Shown one piece after another: positions 1 to 10,644 of a stretch of 64,000 bases of DNA. The position numbers and the translations under genes are program-made. Position 1 is the stretch's first letter. Each line of letters opens with the position of its first letter. This DNA is from Macrostomum lignano. Its lineage: Eukaryota. Location: NCBI GenBank assembly GCA_002269645.1, contig NIVC01001968.1, positions 1-64,000 of the forward strand, in the 5' to 3' direction. The notes below the pieces were generated by a model that ran no database searches, was not told the origin of the DNA, and saw only the letters and a program-made list of their open reading frames with translations.

Positions 1-17
1 GCATTATAAAATTAGTA

Positions 18-712
18 AAATCTATTTGTTGTACATAATTTGCATATCAATGTACATAAAGCATTTTTGCATTGTAGCTCGTACTATTGCCAAATTTATC
101 AGCGTGAATCTATTTGTTGTACATAATTCATGTACATAAAGTATTTTTGTATTGTATGCGGTGAAATTGCCTATGTAATTACGAGTATCTATTGTACATA
201 TTTTGCGTGTCAGACCTGCTTAAAATCATTTATGAAGAGAAAAATATTGAAAAACAATGTAAAATTTTCCGTTTATTCTATTTGCTGGTAATGTACATAA
301 ATTTTTTCCTGTAATATGCTACTGATTTATTGTAAATATATCTTCTTTGTAAATAGTTTATATACGATGTGAGCTGTACAATTAGTTGACTCATTTAGAT
401 GAGATTGTACACCAATTCTCACCTCTGCGAACAACTGTACATGTAGTAGGGTTTCGAGTTGTACATGTAATCTTGGTGATTCATACAGAGCGCGCCGGCC
501 GTCTGGGGAAGACACTGTACATGTAGATTAATGTAGAAGTATGTACTGCGTACATATAGAATTGGGGATAGAACATGTACAATTTGGGATAGATAGGGAT
601 TAATGTACATGGGATTAATGTACATATCCATTTTGAGATAGATAGGATTAATGCAGTACATGGATTAATGTACATATGCAAGTACATATAGAAATATGCT
701 ATGTATACATAT
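18..712. repeat. AT-rich degenerate repeat rich in TGTACA/ATGTACAT motifs
   Basis: GTACA(T) recurs about 20 times in about 700 bp; AATCTATTTGTTGTACATAATT occurs twice; TTAATGTACAT occurs several times near 600-670. Confidence 0.55.
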
Positions 713-1081
713 TTCACGCTTAGAATAGCGTTTTCATATACTACTTACTTCATTTTCAAATAGTAGTATAATTTGCGTTTTTGCGTCAAATCTGTCTAAA
801 AATCGACAACAATCTGCACGATACGTAGTCTTAAAACTACAAATTTTATTAATGATTTCCAGAACTGGCTTGTTACAGGCGGTCCAGGTGCTGAGTTAAG
901 ACGTTCAGTTAGACTTGCCATAAACAGTCAAAGATTAATACAAATATTTTAAGTTCAGTTTTGCCGGTAAAAGTGTCACAACACGCTCAAAATCCCATTC
1001 AAGCAAGCATCAGTGTTTAATAAGTAAACACATTCGTGTCTTAAATCAGATAACAAGTGACAGTTGAAGGTTTTTAGATGT

Positions 1082-1249
1082 TGTTGTGGGTTGATGGCTT
1101 TGCCATAGACATTTTTGTTACGCGACTGCGTTGATGAATTGAACCATGCTATTGAGTTATGAAATAAATAATAGACGCGTCAGAGGTCAACAGACCGCTA
1201 GACTGACAATTGCTTAAGACTAAAGCCAAAAGCACAACAGTGGCGTCGG
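1082..1249 (+). mobile_element. Putative 5' LTR (1082-1239) and primer-binding site of an LTR retrotransposon
   Basis: Perfect inverted termini TGTTGTG...CACAACA, an internal AATAAA, then G-TGGCGTCGG (tRNA-CCA-complementary PBS pattern), directly upstream of a gag-like ORF. Confidence 0.6.
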
Positions 1250-1267
1250 CAAGCATAGGCTACGAAA

Positions 1268-1861
1268 ATGCCTGAAGTACGCCAGCATCGCCAACTAAAG
1301 GAGTTGGTAAAACGGTTTCGAGCGACAAAGCACCACGCTTGCGATCTCGTCGAAATCAGTCCAAGCGACAAAGTCGCAACAGCGACAGCGCAGAACCCAA
1401 GCGCACAAGTATCGAGAGGACAGCAAGTTGACATCGAAAAACTCGATGAAAGTTCGAACTTCCAGAGGTGGTTGGACCGATTCACACTGTGCAGCGAACT
1501 CAACGGCTGGCAGGACGACACGAAAAATAAGCTGCTGCTGATTAAGCTCAGTACCAAGCTGTACGACGCATTGGCAGATCGAGCCGCTCCCAAGAAGCCG
1601 GGAGAAAAGAGCTTCGATGAACTGACCAAACTACTGGCCAGCATCCTGGAACCAAAGACGTTCGTCATGGCTGAGAGATTCAATTTCCAGCATATCACTC
1701 GCACGGCATCAATGAGCATTCGTGAGTATGCACAGCAACTCTGCATGCAGGCAGACAAGTGTCAGTTTGGCCTATCCAGAGATGAGAGACTGAGAGAAAA
1801 TTTAAACCTTTCAATCATTCGAAATCATGATCCTTGCCCCATCACCTTCATGCAACCTTGA
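1268..1861 (+). mobile_element. gag: Truncated gag-like ORF of a Ty3/Gypsy-type LTR retrotransposon
   Basis: FQRWLDRF...YDAL...P.EKSFDELTKLL...P...VMAERFNF...SIREYAQQL...A.KCQFG...DERLRE matches the invertebrate gypsy gag capsid pattern. Similarity ends near 1800; no pol or 3' LTR seen. Confidence 0.75.
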
Positions 1862-2734
1862 CTGGCCGTGCCAATACTCATACCGAATAGAGCAGCATCA
1901 CAACAGAGTCCGAAGTGACACGCCATAAGCCCACAGAAATCCGACGTCTGTCCTCATCAATAGGATGTCTGCAGCGTCAGTAGCTCCCGCACCGCGGCTA
2001 TACTGGATTGAAAAAACTTGAGAACGATCCAAGGACCAAGTTTTTCTTCGAACTATTGTTTTCTGAGATTGAATTCAATTTTTTTAATTCTGCCATCCAC
2101 ACTGCTTTTTGCTCCGGAAGTATTTGTGTCCGTTACCAGGAAATGAGCTTGCTGCATGCCCTCACAATGCATTTTGTTATCTTCCTCAGCAAGTACCTTT
2201 TTACAGGTAGAGTTCCGGAAGATTGCAGGCTGGAATACGTGAGCCCCGATGTCTCCGGAGGTGCATCAGTAGCGTCAGCAGTTCCCAGGGATGTGGAGAC
2301 TAGGTACTGGATTGTTGACGATAAATCTGTGGTGAATTTGCATGCTCTATGCGATTATTTAACGTATAAAATGCACTGATTTACTACATCTATCAGTAAG
2401 AAAATGTACATGCACATTGAGCACTAGCTTATTAGGTGAGAGCCAACCTCTCCTTTCCTCTCAACTCGACTTAATTTATTTGGCGAGCAAAAATCGTCTT
2501 GACACGATTGAAGGGAACTTTCTTCTCCAAAAAAACTTCTTTTACGTAGATTCTATGCTCATAAAATTGTCAATCTTCTTCTGCATTGCAGGTATCCAAA
2601 AGTTAATTAGACCGAAACTCAAAATATTGTCCAACAGAATGTTACTTTTGCCTCTAGCTCTAGAACTTATTATTTTCAGATCGTTTTCATGCTGTTTGGC
2701 CTCGAAGCTGCTTGTCCGTCCTTACAAGACTCAA

Positions 2735-3448
2735 CTAGGTTTTGATGAACACAGCCCATCCGGGTCCGGTCAGGCTGGCTGGCGGGAAGGCGAACGGCAG
2801 CAGGCGGCAGGCGAGCAGCTGCTTGGAGAAGACGGCGCCGCTGCAGTTGGCTCTGGCGCTGCACTGGAGCAGGCAGTCCGCGTCGGACTGGGCAGCGGCC
2901 GGCCAGGACGAGTCGACGGTAGAGGTCACCGTGATGTCCGAATTCTTCAGCACAGTGTATGCATTGTTGCCTGAAAGTTGTGTAATTTTATTAAGATTTT
3001 CTCTCAGTTGAAATTCTAAGAGGCAGCGTCGAGCTAACTCACTCGGGAAGGTCATAGCAAACACGGAGTTGATTGAGAAGCCGCCACAAATCTGCTCTGG
3101 GTTTCCCGTGCACTGCCTGTTGCACATGCTATCACTGAGCTGTCCGTGGAGTCCGTAGGAGCTGCCGCAGAAGCACTGCTTGCCGACCTGCACGCCGAAG
3201 TAGGGAAAGCGGCCCAGAGAGCAGACGTTGCTGCAGAACTCGTGCGACATGTTGTTGAGGCTGTGCACTAGGTCGCCAACACCAATACTGTACGGCCCCA
3301 GATTTTTTAACCCTTTCAGACCTGTCATATCTCTGTTCGAGTTATCACCGTCTCGATAACAACCAACGTAGGAGAAATGAGCCACCCTGCCGGCTGCACA
3401 GGTCAGGAGGCCGCACAGCAACGCCGACTCTAACAGTGAGATTCTCAT
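2735..3448 (-). CDS. Secreted WSC-domain + PAN/Apple-like protein, paralog 1; exons 3448-3043 and 2970-2735
   Basis: Signal peptide (MRISLLESALLCGLLTCAAG). WSC pattern YVGCY.D...C...C....FPYFGVQ.G.QCFCG......C...C.GN..QICGG. Phase-1 72-nt intron (GTGAGT at 3042, TTTCAG at 2971) that is in-frame and stop-free, so the ORF track reads through it. C-terminal C-x3-C-x5-C...C motif. Confidence 0.85.
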   Translation of the reverse strand: MRISLLESALLCGLLTCAAGRVAHFSYVGCYRDGDNSNRDMTGLKGLKNLGPYSIGVGDLVHSLNNMSHEFCSNVCSLGRFPYFGVQVGKQCFCGSSYGLHGQLSDSMCNRQCTGNPEQICGGFSINSVFAMTFPSELARRCLLEFQLRENLNKITQLSGNNAYTVLKNSDITVTSTVDSSWPAAAQSDADCLLQCSARANCSGAVFSKQLLACRLLPFAFPPASLTGPGWAVFIKT

Positions 3449-3530
3449 TCTAATTCAAGAATAGTTACGGGTTAAAGCTATCGAATCTCAACATCCGGAG
3501 CTTGGAAGCAATTCTCTCACGAGCGTCATC

Positions 3531-3576
3531 CTTTTATCCTTTTCTGAGTACAGGCATTCAGATTTTATCCAATCAG
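3531..3576 (-). promoter_or_regulatory. Conserved proximal promoter of WSC paralog 1 (GATAAAA box and CCAATCAG box)
   Basis: AGGATAAAAG (- strand) about 85 bp upstream of the ATG, GAGTACAGGCA and CCAATCAG (3569-3576). The same three motifs occur in the same order upstream of paralog 2. Confidence 0.5.
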
Positions 3577-4122
3577 ACGGTTATGTAAGCTTTGAATTAG
3601 CCATGCTCGATTATTCACAGATACTAGCGACGGGTCATAGGAAGATTCAAACAGTTGCGAGCGTATCTAAAACTCCGACAGTGGCGTACTGCAACTTCAT
3701 TCCCGTAAACAACAATGAGTACTCGCAAACACTGGTTGAAATTCGCTACAAATAAAAACAAGCAGTCTCGTACAAGAACAAAACTGACCAAATTTCTCAA
3801 CCCAATGAAGTGCAGCTACCATTCTGCAACTTTGTCATATACTCAGCAGCATTAAAAAGTCGCCACTCAATGCGCCAGTGAGCAATTTCTCTTGGACTAT
3901 TCTGAAATAAAAGATACGAGAAAACTGATCGGGGTAGCTTTAATCCGTCCAACCCTCGCACACCCCCCCTCCACTTCATTCCTCAACTCAAGTCTGCCGC
4001 GGCGTAGCTGAGTTGCATCACTCGCAAAGGATTGAGAGACTTTACCTGCACTCTCAAAAGTGGCGACCACAGACTGGATCTTCTGTGATGGCAACTTTTC
4101 GATGTTGGTGAGTATATAGTAC

Positions 4123-4199
4123 GTGTCCTTGAGCAAGACACTTATTTACTCTGCATTGCTTCGGTTCACCCAGCTGTAAAATGGGTGCCAGCAATAGCT
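4123..4199 (+). mobile_element. Partial copy (central domain only) of a tRNA-derived SINE
   Basis: GTGTCCTTGAGCAAGACAC...CTCTGCATTGCTTCGGTTCACCCAGCTGTAAAATGGGTGCCAGCA is the reverse complement of the bodies at 7013-7162 and 12701-12841. Confidence 0.75.
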
Positions 4200-4861
4200 A
4201 TAGCAGTAACTGAGGGTGTGCTAGTCGTCAGGCATGTACACTGTCTGTCCCTCATTGGTTGTCAATTGCACAACAACCCTCGGGCAAGTTTCGTGCAAAA
4301 ACCCCCTGAAAATGGTTCCTTTCACGAAATCGTGAAAGCGAGCGAACGAAAGTGATAAAATTTTCCCGCAGCACAGGCAATATTTTTGGCGAGCTACAAA
4401 AGTTTAAACTTTTCAGTAAAAGCATAAAACTGTAGGGACGTTGACCCTAAACTTTGCAGGCTCTAAGCAGAGCTACGGGAGATACTCGCAGCACAGGAGA
4501 AGATGATGGAAGCTGTCGAGAGCCGACACTCAGTGGCGGTTTGACAGCTTCAAGCAGGCTGCAGCACAGATTGCAACGCCACCTGATACTCCGTCGATCC
4601 TCCACATCCCTGTTGTGTCTTTAAAGGCAACCATGTGGACACAGAGCAACCATGCTCGCAATGACCCAATCCACTGACTACAACAGCTTTGTCTCGCCTT
4701 TGTTCGGAAGGTGGCCGCCTCCCCCAGTTACTAGCTCCCTAGCCTGTGAGTTTCCGTTATTGAAAAAATTTCTTCTATATACAATACTGTTTTTAAACAT
4801 AGGAAGCAAGCCTCAAAACGAAGGTTTTCCTATTTTTTGAGCAGCTTTTTTTCTTTTCTTA

Positions 4862-5362
4862 TCAGGTATTTCCCAAAACAATAGAAATCCTTGGAAGGAC
4901 CGAACCAAAATGAAAACTAAAAAAAATCAATTCGTCAAATTTTTTTCTTCCATCTTTTATTGTCGAGATACTGCGGAAAGCGCGACCGCCCGAAAAAGAA
5001 GAGATCGAGCTTTTGCGACGATCACGGAGGAACCATGCAGCGTCGCTAGCAGCTTCCTGCTGGAAGGTGGATTTCTGCCCTTCGAGTGTCTCAAAAGCAG
5101 CGCATGAGCTGATTAAAGTAGTCAGGTTTGCGTCGTTACCTAAATTGTGCGCTAATGTGCATAAATACGCATTCTTGTCAAAATCCCTAATTTCTAGATC
5201 CATCCTGTCTAGATCCATTGCGTGTACTGGGTGCATTCCTTTTTGCACTGGTATTTGGATTCGAACTTAGGATCATGCTGCTTATAATAGGAACCTAGTG
5301 GCACAAATGAGAAAACTTCAATTGTAAATTAATTTTTAGGAAGGTGCAGGTGGCCCTGCACT
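4862..5362 (-). mobile_element. Possible decayed hAT transposase C-terminal fragment
   Basis: SISSFSGGRAFRSISTIK loosely resembles the hAT dimerisation motif (S.S.ER.FS.L..IK); a GTGCAGG-TGGC-CCTGCAC hairpin lies at about 5344-5361. Weak evidence. Confidence 0.25.
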
Positions 5363-5864
5363 GATGGTTGAAAGTTGTTGGGACTCTGGTTTTGGGCAGC
5401 AAATTGAATGAGGTTTAAAGAATACGTATGGAAAGTGGATAATTAGAAGACTAATACAAGTAGTGAGTAAAAGTAGTATATTAGGAAGGTTTTCGAACTA
5501 AGATGATTTTGTTTTTTTCTTTTAGAATAATCAATATACTTCGTAGAATTAATGGGATTACGGGGGAAGTGAAAACTCGAATAGCACACTCAGGAAAACT
5601 ATTGAAATAAATCTTAATCCCAGGAAGATGCATGGTTTAATGCCATTTGTTAATTGCCAAAAAGCTGATTGACAATCGATTTAAAACATTTTTTATTTAA
5701 CTCACACTATCTCACAGTAACAAAGCGAATTCCAGCACATCAAAAATCTTATTAGATCAAAAACCGATTTTTTTCTGAGATAAATCTTTTTCAGTTTTGT
5801 TCAGAGTCGAATCGTTGTCATGCTGTTTGGCTTCGAAGCCGCTTGTCCTTTTCTCTGAAATCAC

Positions 5865-6583
5865 CTAAGTTTTGATGAACACAGCCCACTCCGGTCCGGT
5901 CAGGCTGGCTGGCGGGAAGGCGAACGGCAGCAGGCGGCAGGCGAGCAGCTGCTTCGAGAAGACGGCGGCGCTGCAGTTGGCTCTGGCGCTGCACTGGAGC
6001 AGGCAGTCCGCGTCAGACTGGGCAGCGGCCGGCCAGGACGAGTCCACGGCAGAGGTCACCGTGATGTCCTTCAGCACAGTGTAGGCATTGCTTTCTGGAA
6101 GTTGTGGTTCCAACAAAAACCTACTCAATTAGATAAATTCGCAACTCCAAGAGAACGGAGCAATGTTAACTTACTTGGGTAGTGCAGAGCGAACACGGAG
6201 TTGATGGTGAAGCCACCGCAAATCTGCTCTGGGTTTCCCTTGCACTGGCTGTTACATTTGCTATCGCTGAGCTGTCCGTGGAGTCCGTAGGAGCTGCCGC
6301 AGAAGCACTGCTTGCCGACCTGCACGCCGAAGTAGGGGAAGCCGAACAGAGAGCAGAAGTTGCTGCAGACCCCGAGCGTCATGTCAGGGCTGTACATTAA
6401 TGCACCGTCGGTGATGTACGATCCCAGATTGTTAAGTCCTTTCAGTGTTTTCAGGCCTGTCAAGTCTCTGTTTGGGTTAGCGGCGTCTTGGTAGCAACCG
6501 ACATAAGAGAAATGAGCCACCCTGCCAGCCGCACAGGTCAAGAGGGCGCACAGCAACGCCGACTGCAGCTGGGAAATGCTCAT
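5865..6583 (-). CDS. Secreted WSC-domain + PAN/Apple-like protein, paralog 2; exons 6583-6175 and 6094-5865
   Basis: ORFs 6125-6583 and 5865-6128 join through a phase-1 80-nt intron (GTAAGT at 6174, TTCCAG at 6095), giving ...YPKSNAYTVLK. Same architecture and intron position as paralog 1. Confidence 0.85.
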
Positions 6584-6667
6584 TGAGAAGAACTACAAGG
6601 CGACAGTTTAAGTCTTTGGAGTCTTAATGATAGTGCTAGTGCTATCTTAGTTCTTAGTCGAATCAGT

Positions 6668-6724
6668 CTTTTATCCTGTTGCGAGTGCAGGCAGTAACTA
6701 GATGTAGATTACTATCCAATCAGG
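6668..6724 (-). promoter_or_regulatory. Conserved proximal promoter of WSC paralog 2
   Basis: AGGATAAAAAG about 85 bp upstream of the ATG, GAGTGCAGGCA and CCAATCAG (6717-6724), matching paralog 1. Confidence 0.5.
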
Positions 6725-7012
6725 TGGTTTCCATTATTGTCTACGACATTCTGGAAAATGCTAGAAAGCCTATTGCGATTGGCTACGCACTACTGAATGC
6801 TGATTACCTATGATCGCAGATAAAGTGATAAGTTAGAAATAGGTCTAAATTTGCTGCAGTTCAGATGCCGACCAGATTTCGAGTACAATAAATAATAATT
6901 AAATAACTGATTACTACTGACTTAATGGGCAGATAAACAAACGACATCTGAAAGCAGCGTACGGCTATTCAGTCCAAGGACTGGTTGGTCGACACACACA
7001 CCCTGAATTACT

Positions 7013-7162
7013 CCAGCTAATGCTGGCACCCATTTTACAGCTGGGTGAACTGAAGCAATGCAGAGTTAAGTTGTCTCGCTCAAGGACACAAATTGTTCTA
7101 ATTGGGTCGAGAATCGAACCTCCAACCTTCCAGTCGTGAGTCCGACGCTCTAACCACTAGGC
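7013..7162 (-). mobile_element. tRNA-derived SINE with a conserved central domain (V/Meta-SINE-like)
   Basis: The - strand reads GCCTAGTGGTTAGAGCG (A-box region)...GGTTCGATTC (B box), then TGTGTCCTTGAGC...CTTCAGTTCACCCAGCTGTAAAATGGGTGCC. Two further copies lie in the window. Confidence 0.8.
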
Positions 7163-7734
7163 TCTAGGTTTTAAGAATTCTCAGTAGCTGCTAAGGTAGA
7201 TGCCGACTTTTCAAGCCGTTTGATGTCCTCTAGTTCTTGCACACCTATACCTGTGAAATTGGCTGAGTCCGAAGGCTCACTTCCCAGATAAAATTTTCCA
7301 ACACGGAAAAAACTTTAAGATTGACACTCATCAGCAAAAATCTTCACCACACTATCTGACTCTTTGTCCTACGATGAGGGAAATACTGGCAAGAAATTGT
7401 GGTAAACGTCGTAGGACGAATACTTTTGGAGCCACATGAGACTGTTATACTGCTGCTGACACAACGTGTGCCTTTTTAATTGTTATTACGCACCGTGGAG
7501 CATCGGTGATTGATTAGAAATACTTTTTTACTTTTTCTAAACAGTCACATCACAACCAGTTTAGCAACCTGTGCAATTGCGCACTGATGCTCGAACTCAG
7601 ATGCTAAAGCATCAAACAGTTTCGAAGCATTTTTGAAGCAGTTTTGCAGCATTGAAAATTTTTCCTGCGACCAACGAACTGAAGACTTGTCTGCTTCTGG
7701 CACTGAGGAATCGATCAGTATACGCGTTTTTCTC

Positions 7735-8070
7735 TGGGGCCGGAGTCCGGAGTCCGGAAACAGCGAGGAGGCGTTGCCGCCCATTTCGCTAAACCCTGGT
7801 GACCACGGGCAGCTGGTGCTGCGCGGTGTCGCGCAGGGAGTTCCAGTGGTGCCGGTGTCCGCAGCGCGGTCCCCCTCCGGAGAGTCCAGGAGGTGGTTTG
7901 TCGTCCGCCCGGTAGCTCTTAGGTAGCGGACGAGCTGGCAGAGATTCTCGAGACTGAAAACGTCGGAGAGGTCCGGGTTTGGGCCGAGGTAGGTGAGCCT
8001 GTCCTGAGTAAAGGTGGGGCATTTACAGATAAAGTGCTCCGCATTCTCGACGCCGGAGAGGCAGAACATA
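7735..8070 (-). mobile_element. 3' fragment of a non-LTR retrotransposon (C-terminal zinc-finger-like region)
   Basis: [19 protein letters not shown]...R..YLG...L....RATGR parallels [25 protein letters not shown]...[10 protein letters not shown] of the LINE at 35.9-38.0 kb. It is a GC-rich island in AT-rich flanks. Confidence 0.7.
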
Positions 8071-9267
8071 AACAGCCTGTGCATGTGTTAAAAACAGTAA
8101 TTTACAGTAGTCTGAATCACCTTGAGTAGAATTTATACTGATGTAAAATATTGCATTCGTATGCCTGTGATTTGCGCAGTCAAAGGCTGCTAATCTTCTG
8201 GTAGGATTTTGAACTAATACTGCATAACTAGAAAATAAAATACAAATAACAGAAAAGACACAAATGTAGATTAATCAGAATTTCACCACAGCCGCCTCAC
8301 GTGAGCTTGTAGTCAGAGACAATGGCCCCCGCAGCTCTGGGCTGAAGCTGCTTTTCTGAAAGTAGTTCCCAAGGCAGGCAAGCAGAACACAAGTAGGCGA
8401 TGGAAGGAATTGAGAGCAGAGGCGCAAAAACTGTTTTTGACTTCATCGTGAGCTTTCAAATTCTGCGAGCAGTCTCGGGTGACTGCTGTTCTGTTTGTGA
8501 CACACTGGAAACTTTTCCTGATTCTGACACTGAGGAATCGATGGGGTTATTCAGCAACTACGAAGTCTTTTGAAGGCTTTTTTGATGAAGGAGAGTTTCT
8601 TTGTTTAAAGACAAGTACGCGAGTTTGTAGGGTTTGGATTGGATAGGCAAGGAAGGAAAAAATTATGAATCTGCAGCAATGCCATTGTAAACTCTCGTAT
8701 TCCGTTATAACCTCAGGCGGAAGAAAACCTGCTTAGATGACAAAATTTCAGCACTTCTGTATACAGAGCCAGAGATACCACTGAGGCTTGACGAAGCCTC
8801 TTGGCGCTTCTTAGATGGATACTCAAGTTACATAACTGAGCAGACTTCCTACAATTTCATCCCCTGGCGTCGATGGGGTGAGATATCGTGAGCTAACGAC
8901 GACAAGGTTTACACAGGTAACACAGCTCAAGCAATAAGATTTAAAACGCGGGGGTTGACACGCGGGTTGCTACGGGGGCGAGGGTTAGGCGGTTAGACTC
9001 ATCAGTTTTACTCTGTTTGAGTTAGAGTGTTTGGGGGAAGTCAGTTCTGAGTTCTTTTGCTGTCTTTTCGTGCGGGCCGGTCCGCGCGTCCACCCTTCGG
9101 TTGCTACGCCCCTCGGGGGTTGTATTGTAATTTGTTATTGAATTTAATATTCTTATTGAATTCAAATTACAATGCAATATTTGACACAATATGGTATAAA
9201 TAACTTTTCGCTTCCAATTATTTTCGAACAGCAAGTCATGGCGGCTGCAGGAAGCGCTCACCGTCAC

Positions 9268-10003
9268 GAATCTGCGTCTCTAGAACTGAATCTGCGTCTC
9301 CAGAACTTAATCTGCGTCTCCAGGACTGAATCTGCGTCTCCAGAACTGAATCTGCGTCTCCAGAACTTAATCTGCGTCTCCAGAACTGAATCTGCGTCTC
9401 CAGAACTGAATCTGCGTCTCCAGAACTGAATCTGCGTCTCCAGAACTGAATCTGCGTCTCCAGGACTGAATCTGCGTCTCCAGAACTGAATCTGCGTCTC
9501 CAGAACTGAATCTGCGTCTCCAGAACTGAATCTGCGTCTCCAGAACTGAATCTGCGTCTCCAGGACTGAATCTGCGTCTCCAGAACTGAATCTGCGTCTC
9601 CAGAACTGAATCTGCGTCTCCAGGACTGAACCTGCGTCTCCAGAACTGAATCTGCGTCTCCAGAACTGAATCTGCGTCTCCAGGACTGAATCTGCGTCTC
9701 CAGAACTGAATCTGCGTCTCCAGAACTGAATCTGCGTCTCCAGGACTGAACCTGCGTCTCCAGAACTGAATCTGCGTCTCCAGAACTTAATCTGCGTCTC
9801 CAGAACTGAATCTGCGTCTCCAGAACTGAATCTGCGTCTCCAGGACTGAACCTGCGTCTCCAGAACTGAATCTGCGTCTCCAGGACTAAACCTGCGTCTC
9901 CAGAACTGAATCTGCGTCTCCAGGACTGAACCTGCGTCTCCAGGACTGAACCTGCGTCTCTAGGACTGAATCTGCGTCTCTAGGATTGAACCTGCGTCTC
10001 CAG
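9268..10003. repeat. 20-bp minisatellite (CAGAACTGAATCTGCGTCTC)n, about 37 copies
   Basis: Units align in register every 20 nt; variants (CAGGACTGAACCTG) concentrate toward the 3' end. Confidence 0.97.
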
Positions 10004-10644
10004 TTTCTTTTGGTGTTAAGCCGACCAAACAAGGAGTGTGGGATATGGGGGCATGGTAATTCTTCACTATCAAGTACAATAACCCCAGTACTTCAACATA
10101 GGTAGCCTATCCAGAATCAGGAACAACTTAAAAATATTCACTTTTAGGCGTGTTTTGTCTTTCTTCCAATCTCAGCTGTCGAAAAAAGATATTACAATTT
10201 GATTATTGTCGGTTTCAAAGATTTCTTGGTTATTCCATCATGGAAATTATTTTGCGTACTTTCAGCTGGAATGACTGTCGCAGACTAGACAGATAAAGCA
10301 AAACAGAGAAACTATTAGAGAACCTGCTGGGCCACTTTGGGTGTGCTATAAATAGTTTAGGCGCATATTCTGGACCAAATTTGAAGAGTACATGCAGGCT
10401 CATCAATGCAAAGCTTCAATGCGAAATGCGAAAATCGAAAAGCGGTACGAAGAGGACCACAGAGAGGCAGTACAGGTACTACCTGCTCTAGACAATAGCA
10501 AATAAAACTTAATGATGAGCTTTACCTAAAGTTCTAGGAACTACTCTTTCACAAAACTCTATATATACAGCGGGTGTTCAAAGCTCCAAGAACTGAAAAA
10601 CTACTAAGCCATCTCTAACCTACAGAGAAGACTGCACTACAGCA

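Noticed and set aside
2008-2974. Plus-strand ORFs 2008-2379 and 2417-2974
   Set aside because: Neither starts with ATG or has a recognisable motif; the second partly overlaps WSC paralog 1 in antisense.
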